64,000 bases of DNA, from positions 5,056,001 to 5,120,000 of the forward strand of contig OZ242296.1 in NCBI GenBank assembly GCA_965207735.1. Direction: 5' to 3'. Positions within the stretch are counted from its first letter, which is position 1; each line of letters opens with the position of its first letter. Below the pieces are notes generated by a model, which had not been told where the DNA came from, searched no databases, and worked only from the letters and a program-made list of their open reading frames with translations. The DNA is from Candidatus Versatilivorator sp. (GTDB lineage: Bacteria > Acidobacteriota > Terriglobia > Versatilivoradales > Versatilivoraceae). Below, piece after piece: positions 10,016 through 19,367 of the stretch. A program made the position numbers and the translations under genes.

Positions 10016-11502
10016 GAGCCTTTTGCAAAATTCGGAATCGGGCATGACATTGGGCTGGCAACAGTGATGTTCCGGCGGTGACTACCCAGCTGCAAAGACC
10101 CTTTTGAAGGAAAAAGCCCGAATCTGATGGCCGGATGGCCAGCGGTCGCCGGACGCAGGCACAGCTTACCCTCTCCCGGCCTTGAGGCGGGCGAACCTGC
10201 TGTGCGGTTGGGGGTGGCAACCCGGTCTTCAGAGCGTCAGGCGCATCAACTGATCCACCGTCAGGGCCAGAATGCCGAACATCAGGTGGCACCTCACCTT
10301 GTCGGGGCCGCGAACCCTCACCTGCCTCCCGCCAAACTCCTCCTTGAGCCGTCCGTTGACCCGCTCCACCGTCGAGCGTTCCCGGTAGCGCCGCGCCTCG
10401 GGAGTCACTTGGCCGATACAGCGCCGGGCCAGTGCCTCCCGCTTCCGCTCGGCTTTCAAGGTAGCTCTTCGGCGGGGGTTGACGTCAATAATCGGCACAT
10501 GCCCCAGCTTCTCACTGAAGGCCCGGATCTCCGGCGCATCGTAGGCGCTGTCCATCAAGTCGTAGAGACTCTCGACCCGCCTTGCCGTCAGCGTCGCCAG
10601 CGGAATGGCTGCCTGAGAGTCATGCACCGAGGCCGAGGTCAGCAGACAACTGACCGGAATCCCGCCGTCAATGGCGTCGAGGTGTAGCTTGTAGCCGGTC
10701 CAGCTCTCCTGATGCCCCTTGGCGTTGCGCTTGACGCCGATGTCGCAGGCCTTGGGCAACTCCTTCAACATTTCCTCCAGCGTCATCGACCCCTGCCGCT
10801 CCAGCCGGCTCAACCGCTTGGGCCGTCGCTCGCCCTTCGGCGGCCGGCCCCGCCGGCGTTTCCGCTTGGCCTCCGGCGCAGCCTTGGCCGCTGGCTTTTC
10901 CCGTCCCGCAATCGCCGTCGAGTCCCTCGACACATGCCCCGCCAAGTGGCCCTTCAGCGTCTCCTCCAGCAATGCCTCGTGCAAACGCCCCGGCAGGTCG
11001 CTCTCAGCGAATTCCGCAAAGGCCCGCGAGAAGGTCGACTCGCTCGGTACCTCCCACGCCCTCTCCCAGCCGCACAGCCGCCGCAGCCTCCCCTCACTCC
11101 TCAGCCGCTCCACCAATCCCCGCGTGGTCGCCACCTCCAGCATCGACTTCGCCAGATAGGCTCGCGCCAGCACTGCCCGATCCTCCAGCGGCCGGCCACG
11201 CCAGCCCCGACTGTAAGGCAGCAACTCCTCCACCCGCACCAACTCCAATACCTGCACCAGCCGCTGGTAACGCTCTCCCAGAGGCCCCAAAACTTCCTCC
11301 AGCAGGGGAAACAGCTCTCGTTGAAACCGGAACCAGTGTCGTGATAGGGTTTCCCTAAGGGGCAAGTTCCACCTCCGTTCATCATGTGGTTCAGACACCT
11401 TCATGATACAACAGACAGTGGTCTTGCCCCTCCTTCCACCTGCCCTCCTTGATCTTTCCCCACGTGAAAATTCCCGCTATCTGCGAATTTTGCAAAAGGC
11501 TC
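10016..11502 (-). mobile_element. Insertion sequence, DDE type (IS5/IS1182-like; family uncertain)
   Basis: Perfect 19-bp terminal inverted repeats GAGCCTTTTGCAAAATTCG (10016-10034 and 11484-11502). 4-bp target duplication ATTT at 10012-10015 and 11503-11506. Confidence 0.92.
10229..11404 (-). CDS. DDE transposase (DUF772-like N-terminus)
   Basis: 391 aa. Motifs VPSESTFSRAF, SRDSTAI, GYKLHL, SASVHDSQ, MDSAYD and YRERSTVERVNGRLK. Confidence 0.9.
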   Translation of the reverse strand: MKVSEPHDERRWNLPLRETLSRHWFRFQRELFPLLEEVLGPLGERYQRLVQVLELVRVEELLPYSRGWRGRPLEDRAVLARAYLAKSMLEVATTRGLVERLRSEGRLRRLCGWERAWEVPSESTFSRAFAEFAESDLPGRLHEALLEETLKGHLAGHVSRDSTAIAGREKPAAKAAPEAKRKRRRGRPPKGERRPKRLSRLERQGSMTLEEMLKELPKACDIGVKRNAKGHQESWTGYKLHLDAIDGGIPVSCLLTSASVHDSQAAIPLATLTARRVESLYDLMDSAYDAPEIRAFSEKLGHVPIIDVNPRRRATLKAERKREALARRCIGQVTPEARRYRERSTVERVNGRLKEEFGGRQVRVRGPDKVRCHLMFGILALTVDQLMRLTL

Positions 11503-11506
11503 ATTT

Positions 11507-12306
11507 GTTTCTCTTTTACTCTTGAAGAGGCGATCGGGAAGTGCCTTACCAACTATGACTACCACGTGCACCCTGTCGAGCTTAATATTGGAGAGATGCA
11601 GGAGTGGAGTGATCTTACAGACCAAATAGCGAGCCAAGCCTGGAAACTGGAATCCGGAAAGAGCAACGACCCCTATCTTGAAAACCTATTGCGCAAGCGC
11701 CGCCTAGTGCTGGAGACCGCAAGCACCAAACTTGACATGCTATCCCGTTTATTGGACACCGAGGGGCCACGCGATCTCCAATACACTCTAATCTATGCCA
11801 CTGACAAGAAGCCGGAGCAACTCAAAGAGGTGAACCGTTTGCTGGCGAGCCGACGTGTGTTGTTCCATCAGCTCACCCAAGAAGAAACAAATAGTCGCCA
11901 GCAAACCAATCGCATACTCTCGGCGTTCCAGGAAGGAGTGACTCAGGTGCTAACCGCCAAGCGTGTGCTGGACGAAGGTGTCAACATTCCGCAAATAAAG
12001 CTCGCCTTTATCCTTGCGAGCACTACGGTAAAGAGGCAGTGGGTGCAGCGCCGGGGGCGTTTGCTGCGCACATGCAAAGCCATCGGCAAAACTCACGCCG
12101 TGATTCACGATTTCGTCGTATTGCCGCCGGGCACATCCTCATCAAAGGTTGCCCAGCTTGATAAGGATGCACGCAATCTAGTACGTTCGGAATTAAATCG
12201 TGTCTGGGAATTTGCGCGACTCAGCCGTAACGGCCCACTACCTGGTGGGCCGTATGAAGCCGTGCAACACCTTCAGAGGCTGGCAAATGAAAGGGTTGTA
12301 CACTGA
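11507..12306 (+). pseudogene. Fragment 3 (helicase C-terminal domain) of the PLD nuclease / SF2 helicase
   Basis: LDEGVNIP (motif V) and QRRGRLLR (motif VI). Joins fragment 2 in frame after IS removal (FFGDI|CFSFTLEE). Confidence 0.9.
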
Positions 12307-12545
12307 TGGCATACAACGACGATAGAATTCTTTTTGTACTTATCGGTGAGCTTGAAAAAGTGCCGGAAAGGTGCGAAGGCTATCGGGAAAGATTGAGACA
12401 CCTACTCCGTGACGTACTGCGCTACGAGGAGAAGCATGCACTGTCCAGGAGAACCATAGTCAAGGACATTGCCAACCTAGTGAATAAGGTTGGGATGAAT
12501 TTGTACAAGTCCCCACCGAAAGCTGACGAGCAAGAAGGCCGATGA
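12306..12545 (+). CDS. Small helical protein, PbeB-like by position
   Basis: 79 aa. Overlaps the helicase stop (TGATG) and the ATPase start (ATGA). No recognisable motif. Confidence 0.75.
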   Translation: MAYNDDRILFVLIGELEKVPERCEGYRERLRHLLRDVLRYEEKHALSRRTIVKDIANLVNKVGMNLYKSPPKADEQEGR

Positions 12546-14656
12546 AGTTACTACACGCTCATATCGAGAGATTCAGACTGCTGAAGGATATTGCGATTGA
12601 GTTCTCCACGCACAGCGATCGTAATTTGACGGTTATTCGAGCCGCGAACGAGAGCGGCAAGACGACTCTGTTAACCGCATTACAGTGGGGGCTATTTGGA
12701 GACGAGGCGTTGCCGAACGATAAGGCTGAATTTCGCCTCAGCCCTATTGACACATCCTCTGGTGCAAGGGTGCCCGTTACAGTCTCTGTTGAAATCGACT
12801 ACGAAATAAGCAAGGGCAACGATGTCCGTAAGTACCGATTAATACGATTTGCTGGAGAGATCGCGAGCGGTGCAAAGTGGAAGCGCGATAGCACTAACAT
12901 CAAACTGTTTCGCCTAGGAGCGAACGGCGCCGAATCCCTTCGCAATCCAGAAGCCCATATCCATTCCCATTTGCCGAAGGAGTTGCGGGAGCTTTTTTTC
13001 ACTGACGGAGATCGTGCTCTGAGCTTCATTGAAGGCAGCAAGGGCGATCAAATGGATAGGGTTGAGGGTGCAATCCGCTCTCAGCTAGGCATTAGTGTCG
13101 TCGAAGATGCCCTCAACCACGCCCGCAAGGTCAGAACCGATCTAAATCAAAAGCTTCGCAAGAACGCTGGAAATCGGCAGGAACTTCAAACCGTGTCCGA
13201 CCGGCTAACGGCGTTGCATGAACAGATGCCTAGCCTTGAAAATGAGATCCGTAAGGCTAAGAAAGCCCGCCTCCGGCTCGAAGACCTGGAGGAGGATGCT
13301 GATCGAAAGCTTTCTGATGCCCTGCGTAAAGGGAACAGGGAAGAATTGGAAAAGCAGCGTCAATTAGTCAAACGCAGCCGACTGTCTGCAGAAAGGGATG
13401 CAACCCAGGCTGCTCGCGATCATGCGGATTTATTCAAGAGCGAACTTATTGGCAAGCAGTTGCTTGTCGGCCCATTCGCAAAGGCCAAAGCAGTGCTAGA
13501 CGGTCTGCACAAGCAGGGCAAGATACCGAACCAGACAATACCAGTTCTTGAAGACCGGCTAAACCAGCCTACCTGCATTTGCGGCGAAACACTTGAACCA
13601 AGTGAATTGAACGGCCGGCTACGCCGTACACACATCCAGCATTTGATCGAAGAGAGCCGCAATGCTGATGTGATCCAAGAGAAAGTCACAGCGCTCTATT
13701 ACGGGGCGCAGGAACTCTTGAGGCCAGTGAAGGAGCGCAAATGGTCCGATGAGTATAGCGATGTTTTTGGACGTCGCCAGAGAGCGTCAACTCGGCGCGC
13801 GGAACTCGGCGGGGCGGAGGCTGCTATAGAGGCGAAAATCAAGGCACTGCCGGATGTGGATATCCAACAGCTACGCACCGCCCGAAACCGTTATCGCGAC
13901 CAGTCCAAGGAGTTCCAGAGAAAAGAAATTCGCCTAAACGCACAATTAGAGACCACGCAGCGCGACATCAAGCTCAACGAAACAAAGAGAGAAAAACTCT
14001 CCCAACACGACGAGAAGAGCAGGCAGATTGCAGCAGAGTTTAAGGTTGCCGATGATTTGCTGCAAGTGCTTTCCAACGCGATTGAAACCATGAAGACGAG
14101 AGACCTTAAGAAGGTCAGCGATCGCATGAATGTTCTGTTTCTCGACATGATTGGCTCTGATCGGGCACAAAGGTCGATCATCACCCGCGCATCTATCACA
14201 CCTGAATTTCATATAGTCGTTTTCGGTCGAAACGACCATCCACTTGATCCTTCTCAGGACCTAAATGGCGCATCACGTCGTGCATTGACGATCGCTTTCA
14301 TTCTGGCTCTCGCACGTGTCAGTAAGGTGAAAGCACCCAACGTGATCGACACGCCTCTCGGAATGATGAGCGGTTACGTTAAACAAGCGGTTCTTCAACT
14401 CGCGTGCCAACAAAGCTCACAGTTAATTTTGTTTCTGACCCACTCAGAGATCGCCGGGTGTGAGGACATATTAGACGAGCGGGCCGGGCGCATTTATACG
14501 CTAACGAACCCTGCCCATTTCCCAAAGATTCTCGTTCATGACCCCGGGGTGGACGATGCGCAGGTATTATTGTGTAGCTGCAGCCACAGAACAACCTGTC
14601 AGGTGTGTGAACGGCGAGAGGTGGCAGACCTCAATGCTGAACAATTGAAGGCATAG
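12542..14656 (+). CDS. Rad50/SMC-like ABC ATPase (DndD/PbeC-like)
   Basis: Walker A AANESGKTT, long coiled coil with central CICG hook, signature variant LNGASRR, Walker B VIDTPLG, H-loop LTHSE, and C-terminal CSC..CQVC. Confidence 0.88.
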   Translation: MKLLHAHIERFRLLKDIAIEFSTHSDRNLTVIRAANESGKTTLLTALQWGLFGDEALPNDKAEFRLSPIDTSSGARVPVTVSVEIDYEISKGNDVRKYRLIRFAGEIASGAKWKRDSTNIKLFRLGANGAESLRNPEAHIHSHLPKELRELFFTDGDRALSFIEGSKGDQMDRVEGAIRSQLGISVVEDALNHARKVRTDLNQKLRKNAGNRQELQTVSDRLTALHEQMPSLENEIRKAKKARLRLEDLEEDADRKLSDALRKGNREELEKQRQLVKRSRLSAERDATQAARDHADLFKSELIGKQLLVGPFAKAKAVLDGLHKQGKIPNQTIPVLEDRLNQPTCICGETLEPSELNGRLRRTHIQHLIEESRNADVIQEKVTALYYGAQELLRPVKERKWSDEYSDVFGRRQRASTRRAELGGAEAAIEAKIKALPDVDIQQLRTARNRYRDQSKEFQRKEIRLNAQLETTQRDIKLNETKREKLSQHDEKSRQIAAEFKVADDLLQVLSNAIETMKTRDLKKVSDRMNVLFLDMIGSDRAQRSIITRASITPEFHIVVFGRNDHPLDPSQDLNGASRRALTIAFILALARVSKVKAPNVIDTPLGMMSGYVKQAVLQLACQQSSQLILFLTHSEIAGCEDILDERAGRIYTLTNPAHFPKILVHDPGVDDAQVLLCSCSHRTTCQVCERREVADLNAEQLKA

Positions 14657-14658
14657 CG

Positions 14659-15117
14659 ATGTCTATAAATGCATTTGCGACATCTGATATTGAACTACCT
14701 GAGAAGTATCGGAAATACTTCCACGCTTATTGCCTTACGCGCACGGAAGGGTCTCAAAACAACCCCGAGGACAGTCCCTTCCCGAGAATGGTCGATATGT
14801 GGTTTCTAGCCCTTTGCATTGCCGTCAAGGAGGATCTGAAGCCGGAGTTCAATTCCACGGGGAAGACCTATAAGGCCATCCCGGGGGTCGTTTTCGGAAG
14901 CGATAGTTGGCGGTCTAACGCACTCATGCTTCTCGCCATCGCTCACACCGGTGACGTTGAGATCACCGACAAGCCGCATGAAATGATGAGAATTGCTAAT
15001 GGCTACGCATTGGCTGGATTGCCACGTCTCATAGGAATACTAAATGAACGGGAAGATGATACCGCGATTGACTATCTATCAGATATTGTCAAAGAGATGA
15101 CAACGGCTGGACCGTGA
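14659..15117 (+). CDS. Small phosphorothioation-associated protein (PbeD/DndE-like)
   Basis: 152 aa, 2 nt after the ATPase. PFPRMVDMWFLAL and IANGYALAGL resemble dnd-associated small proteins (recognised by eye). Confidence 0.65.
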   Translation: MSINAFATSDIELPEKYRKYFHAYCLTRTEGSQNNPEDSPFPRMVDMWFLALCIAVKEDLKPEFNSTGKTYKAIPGVVFGSDSWRSNALMLLAIAHTGDVEITDKPHEMMRIANGYALAGLPRLIGILNEREDDTAIDYLSDIVKEMTTAGP

Positions 15118-15980
15118 CGTAGTCACCGGATTATTCCCTTTCCAGGAAAGATTGACAGAGCGGCATTAACGAAAAACGATCTGTCAGGAGGTCTTTGGGG
15201 CGAGTCTTGTGGGATGAATTGAAGTGTCCTGCGGGAAGACTTTCCGGTCGGCTAAAAAAACAACAGGGAAAAGCAGGAGACCACAAGTGGCCTAAAAGGC
15301 CGAGAGAGGCAAGCCTAGGGGATGCACACCACCCGATATCTCCGATCCGCAGCAAGGGCAGCTTGCCACTCCACTTGATGGCCTCGGACTCAGGGTTGAT
15401 ACTCGGCTGACCTGTCCGCCAGTAACCATTCGGCAGAGCCGTGGAAGACGGTCGGTCGGCATCCTCCCCAAGCGATCAAGCCACATTGCGTCGGTGTCGC
15501 CGCTGAGCCACCAATGCAGCGGCTCGACCACCCCCCGGACAGGCGAGCCGCGAAACCCCGCTAAACAGCTGGCGAACCGACCATATCGTTCCGACACCGC
15601 GGGTCCCATCTCCGCTGTCTGCCCCCGGTCCCGATAGAGGTGGAAGGGGGATGCTTCGTCGGTTGCTCGGTCGGCGTAGAGGATAAACCTGCAGGAGGTC
15701 AAGCCCACGGCTTGACCGAACAGTTACCGTCCATGAACGTCCTGGATGGTCCAATGGATTCCCATATAGAAAGAGGGATTTATTGAGGGGAATGCAGCTG
15801 GCATATCCTGGCTAAGTCCTTTATAAGTAATAGGTTACAGTTGATTAATTGCAGTCCGTGCAGCGGCCTCTGGTCCTATTAATCCTGTCTCTTTCCAAAA
15901 CGCAAACAGCTGGCTGTTTCTCCTCTGAATGACCCGTCCCGTCGTCGGGGACGGGGGGTCGCCTGACCATCGTGCCGTCT

Positions 15981-16008
15981 GATACTGTTATGATATCATT
16001 ATGATATT
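15981..16008. promoter_or_regulatory. Probable antitoxin operator/promoter
   Basis: Palindrome ATGATATCAT (15990-15999) with repeated TGATA half-sites, just upstream of the GGAGG RBS (16021-16025) of an RHH antitoxin. Confidence 0.5.
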
Positions 16009-16030
16009 AAACTTGCCGAAGGAGGTCGAT

Positions 16031-16273
16031 ATGCCAGACGTAGCGCTTCGTGGAATTCCCGATTCCCTGCACCGGGAACTCAAGTCATCTGCGAGTCGGA
16101 ACCACCGCAGCCTCAATGGGGAGATCCTCGCGAGGTTAACGGAGTCGGTTCGCCCTGAACCGGTAGACCCGCAGGACCTCCTGAATCGCATCCGGCAGCG
16201 AAACGAGAAACTTGGACCGGTCGATCTCAGTGAGGCCACGCTACGTGAGATGCGGAACTCCGGACGACCATGA
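16031..16273 (+). CDS. FitA/Arc-like ribbon-helix-helix antitoxin
   Basis: MPDVALRGIPDSLHRELKSSASRNHRSLNGEI. GGAGG RBS upstream of ATG 16031; ATGA overlap with the PIN gene. Confidence 0.85.
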   Translation: MPDVALRGIPDSLHRELKSSASRNHRSLNGEILARLTESVRPEPVDPQDLLNRIRQRNEKLGPVDLSEATLREMRNSGRP

Positions 16274-16671
16274 TTGTAGTTGACACGAATGTGATGGTTC
16301 GTCTGGTAGTGGGCGGAGCAGACGGCATCGAGGCGGCCATGTTGTTCGAGCGGGAGACTGAGTGGGCGGCCCCCAGCATCCTCCTGAGTGAGTTGCAAAA
16401 CGTCCTGGTCGGCTTCGTGCGCCGGGGCGCGGTAACCTCGGAGCAGGCCAAAGCGATGAGCGATGACGCTGCTGTCGTTCTGGGACACCGCATCGCCAGC
16501 GTGCCTGGAAACCAGGTGATTGATGTCGCGCTGGAGTGCGGCCTGACCGCCTACGATGCCGAGTTCGTCGCGCTCGCTCGAACCCTGGGCGTTGGGTTGG
16601 CTACTCTGGACAACGCGGTCCTGCACGGCGCCGCAGACGTGGCAGTGTCGTTGCGGACTCTGGTGCGCTAG
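16270..16671 (+). CDS. vapC: VapC/PIN-domain toxin
   Basis: MIVVDTNV, LTAYDAEFVALA and LATLD. The TAG stop lies in the CTAG target site of the adjacent IS. Confidence 0.9.
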   Translation: MIVVDTNVMVRLVVGGADGIEAAMLFERETEWAAPSILLSELQNVLVGFVRRGAVTSEQAKAMSDDAAVVLGHRIASVPGNQVIDVALECGLTAYDAEFVALARTLGVGLATLDNAVLHGAADVAVSLRTLVR

Positions 16672-18251
16672 GAGTCTGCGCCGCAGGACGATTTCGGAAA
16701 GTTCAAGAGCGAGAGGCTACTGCGCAATGCCGGTTCCAAGGAGTGCTTGGGAGCCGCTTGGGCGTTGATAGAGTCTCAAGCACCCTGTGGGCTCCCACAA
16801 TGGGCGGTTGAGGACCTCCGTGGTCCTGGGTATTGGGTGGAAATCCCTTGCTTCAGGCTGCCATCAGCGCACTCATCCTCTTGATGTTGAGGGCCAGACA
16901 CACCAAGTCCCACTCCCCCTGCACTGACTGCAAGCCCCGCAGACTGAACCGTCGGAATCCCAGCCCCTCCTTGATCCACCCATGAGGGGCTTCGGCAATC
17001 CACTTCCTCCGCCGATACTCCACCTGACCGGCTAGGCTGGCCAGCTTCTTCCTCATACGACTCTTGGCCGGATGCTTCCTGGGATCGATCTCTACCGCCC
17101 GCTTCCCCTCGCGCCCCAGCGCAACATAACCGTCCACTCCTCTCTCTTCCAGGGCCTGCAAGTCCGCCTCATTGCAGTAGCCCGCATCCGCCAGCACCTG
17201 TTTCGGTATCTCCTGGAAGCTCTCCTCCACCTCCTCCAGCAACTCCATCATCTGCCCCTGATCGCTCGCCTGCGCCGTTACCTCGGTGGCCACAATGATC
17301 TGGTGCTCTCCGTCCACCGCCACCTGCGCGTTGTAGCACTGCTGGAACCCCTCGGTGGAAGTCTTCATGATCCGGCTTTCCGGATCGGTGAAATTGCTCT
17401 GCGCCTTCTCCTCCGGTTCTCCGTAGGCCCGCTTGTAGGGCCGTCGTGCTTTCGGGTTACGGTCCTGTCCCGGTTTGCGCCCCCGCTCCTCATCAGCCTC
17501 CCGCTGGGCCGCCTCCAGCCGCTGCTTGGCCGCCTCGATCGCCGCCAGCCGGTCCTCCCGCCGACGCAACTCCTCGGGCAACTCGTCCCCACGCCGGTCT
17601 TCCCCGTAGCGCTCATCTTCCTCCCGGTCCTCCCGCCGCGCCTGCTTCAACAACTCTTCGATCTCTTCCCTCAGTTGCCGCTCCCGCTCCCGCATCCGAC
17701 CGTAGCTCATCGCCTTGCGCCGGCTCGCGTTCGCCCGCACCTTCGTCCCGTCGATCCCCAATCGCCCCAACCCCACCATCCCCATCTCCCGCGCCAAACG
17801 CACCACTTGCACCAACAGCCGCTTGAAGTCCTTCAAGTGCCGCCGGCGAAACTCGCTCAGCGTCCGATGCTGCGGAAAGTTCCCCGCCGCCAGCATCCGA
17901 AACGCCACGTCCTCCTCCAACTTCCTGGCTATCTTGCGCGACGAGAACACCCCCGTCGCATAGGCGTAGATCAATACCTTCACCATCATCCCCGGCTCAT
18001 AGGGCGAGTTGCGCCTCCCGTCCTCTTCATACCGCCGGTAGAACGCTCCCAACTCCAGCCCATCCACCAACTCGCTCACCTGATGCGCCAAGTGTCCTTC
18101 CGGTACCCACTCCCGCAGGTCCGGCGGCAGCATCAACAACTGCTTCGGTTGATACGGGCGAAACCTCGTCCCCATTCACCACCTCCCATGATGTCTCTAA
18201 GCCCGTTATTCTATCATTCAGCCCTGCCTGGGTTTTCTGCGGCGCAGACTC
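16672..18251 (-). mobile_element. IS1182-family insertion sequence
   Basis: 15-bp terminal inverted repeats GAGTCTGCGCCGCAG (16672-16686 and 18237-18251). CTAG on both sides (16668-16671 and 18252-18255). Confidence 0.92.
16853..18175 (-). CDS. IS1182-family transposase
   Basis: 440 aa. Motifs YAYATGVFSSRKI, IDGTKVRANAS, TDPESRIM, YNAQVAVD and LADAGY. Confidence 0.92.
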   Translation of the reverse strand: MGTRFRPYQPKQLLMLPPDLREWVPEGHLAHQVSELVDGLELGAFYRRYEEDGRRNSPYEPGMMVKVLIYAYATGVFSSRKIARKLEEDVAFRMLAAGNFPQHRTLSEFRRRHLKDFKRLLVQVVRLAREMGMVGLGRLGIDGTKVRANASRRKAMSYGRMRERERQLREEIEELLKQARREDREEDERYGEDRRGDELPEELRRREDRLAAIEAAKQRLEAAQREADEERGRKPGQDRNPKARRPYKRAYGEPEEKAQSNFTDPESRIMKTSTEGFQQCYNAQVAVDGEHQIIVATEVTAQASDQGQMMELLEEVEESFQEIPKQVLADAGYCNEADLQALEERGVDGYVALGREGKRAVEIDPRKHPAKSRMRKKLASLAGQVEYRRRKWIAEAPHGWIKEGLGFRRFSLRGLQSVQGEWDLVCLALNIKRMSALMAA

Positions 18252-18255
18252 CTAG

Positions 18256-19367
18256 CCCGCATTTCTCAGTGCGCCATGGAAAGGCGCCTTCTTCCAACGG
18301 GTGCGAAACCCGTCCAACAACTGTCGCTCCGGTTGGTAGCAGCCAGGGCGGATCATGGAGGTAACGATATGGTCTGAAGCCCTCTGGTGTCAAAGGGCCG
18401 CTTAAGGCGGTTCAGCGAGCATGCGGGCCGGAACGCGAGTGAACGTCGAGCAGGCCTCGAAACGGGCAATGCGGGGGCCGACCCACCTGAGAAATGGGGA
18501 AGGCCGAAGACGGAGGGGGAAGCGAGCGACGCGGGCACCCCTTTGGACCCGCCGGGGTAGTGGCGCTGGCACGCATGGAAGGGGAAGAAGGCAGCAACAT
18601 GGGAAGCCCTGTGGGTGGTGAGGCACGCACCGAACCGGAAGCTCGCGAGAGTCAGTCTAGGCCGACAGGGTGGCGGAGAGGCCTGTAGTACCGGAGAAGC
18701 CGGGTAATACCGGTGGAGGGAAGGGGCCTCAGGTGAGGAGCGGTGACCGAAGGGGGAAGGGTCCCGGGAGTGGCGAAAGCCTGAAACCCCGACCAAAAAA
18801 GGGCCGGAGACTCCGGAAGCATCACATGCAAAAGTGAAAGGGTCGTCGGAGGAGGACGGCGTCGTCAGGGCATCAACAGGCCTGGCGGCAACCCGGGAGC
18901 GGAAGTGGATGGAGTGGGGGACGGGTGCCAATCCCATAGGAGTCGTCCACGGATGCGAGCGGGGACCTGTGTGCGAGACGCATGATCCCACTGGAGAGCC
19001 GAGATGCGGGAAAACCGCACGTCCGGTTCGGAGAGCGGGGACTGGAAACGTGATAAGGGAGCCGGACTGAGGCCCGAAGCGAAAGCGACGGAATAGCCAC
19101 CGGACCCTATAGTCAACGCGCCAGTCCTCGACTCTACCCAGGCCGCTGGTGCCATGACGAAAAGTAGTTCATCTTCAGTACTTTGATTGGCTCCATGGTA
19201 AGGGCTTGCGGGCAACAGACAGCGCTGGGCATGCCCTGGCTTGTCTTTTTCCCTTCAGCGCGCACATGCTCCCTCGCGCGTAGTGACCGCTACGCTCTTC
19301 GGTCGCGAGCACGCGCTGAAGGGAAAAATCCTGCGCCATGATCATGCCCCCTGGTGAGAAATGCGGG
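18256..19367. mobile_element. Non-autonomous MITE (243 bp once the intron is removed)
   Basis: Removing the intron gives left end CCCGCATTTCTCA|CCAGG, an exact 18-bp inverse of the right end (19350-19367). Flanked by CTAG at 18252-18255 and 19368-19371. Long internal hairpin at about 19246-19328. No transposase. Confidence 0.8.
18269..19137 (+). ncRNA. ORF-less group II intron (869 nt)
   Basis: 5' GTGCG and 3' end CTCGACTCTAC. Domain V GAGCCGAGATGCGGGAAAACCGCACGTCCGGTTC (18996-19029) with AGC triad. DII/DIII-like GGCGGAGAGG..GTAGTACC..GAAGCCGGGTAATACCGGTGGAGGGAAGG. EBS1 TGAGAAA (18488-18494) in a hairpin loop matches the 5' exon TTTCTCA. No reverse transcriptase ORF. Confidence 0.92.

Noticed and set aside
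15870-15900. Possible tRNA-derived att site ending in CCA
   Set aside because: There is no T-loop consensus and no matching repeat or integrase in the window.
19063-19104. Hammerhead-like CTGAG...CGAAA in intron domain VI
   Set aside because: It lacks the canonical CUGANGA core and a clear three-stem junction.
18353-19215. Several ORFs over the intron region
   Set aside because: They have no RT motifs such as YADD, and the region is fully explained as intron RNA.
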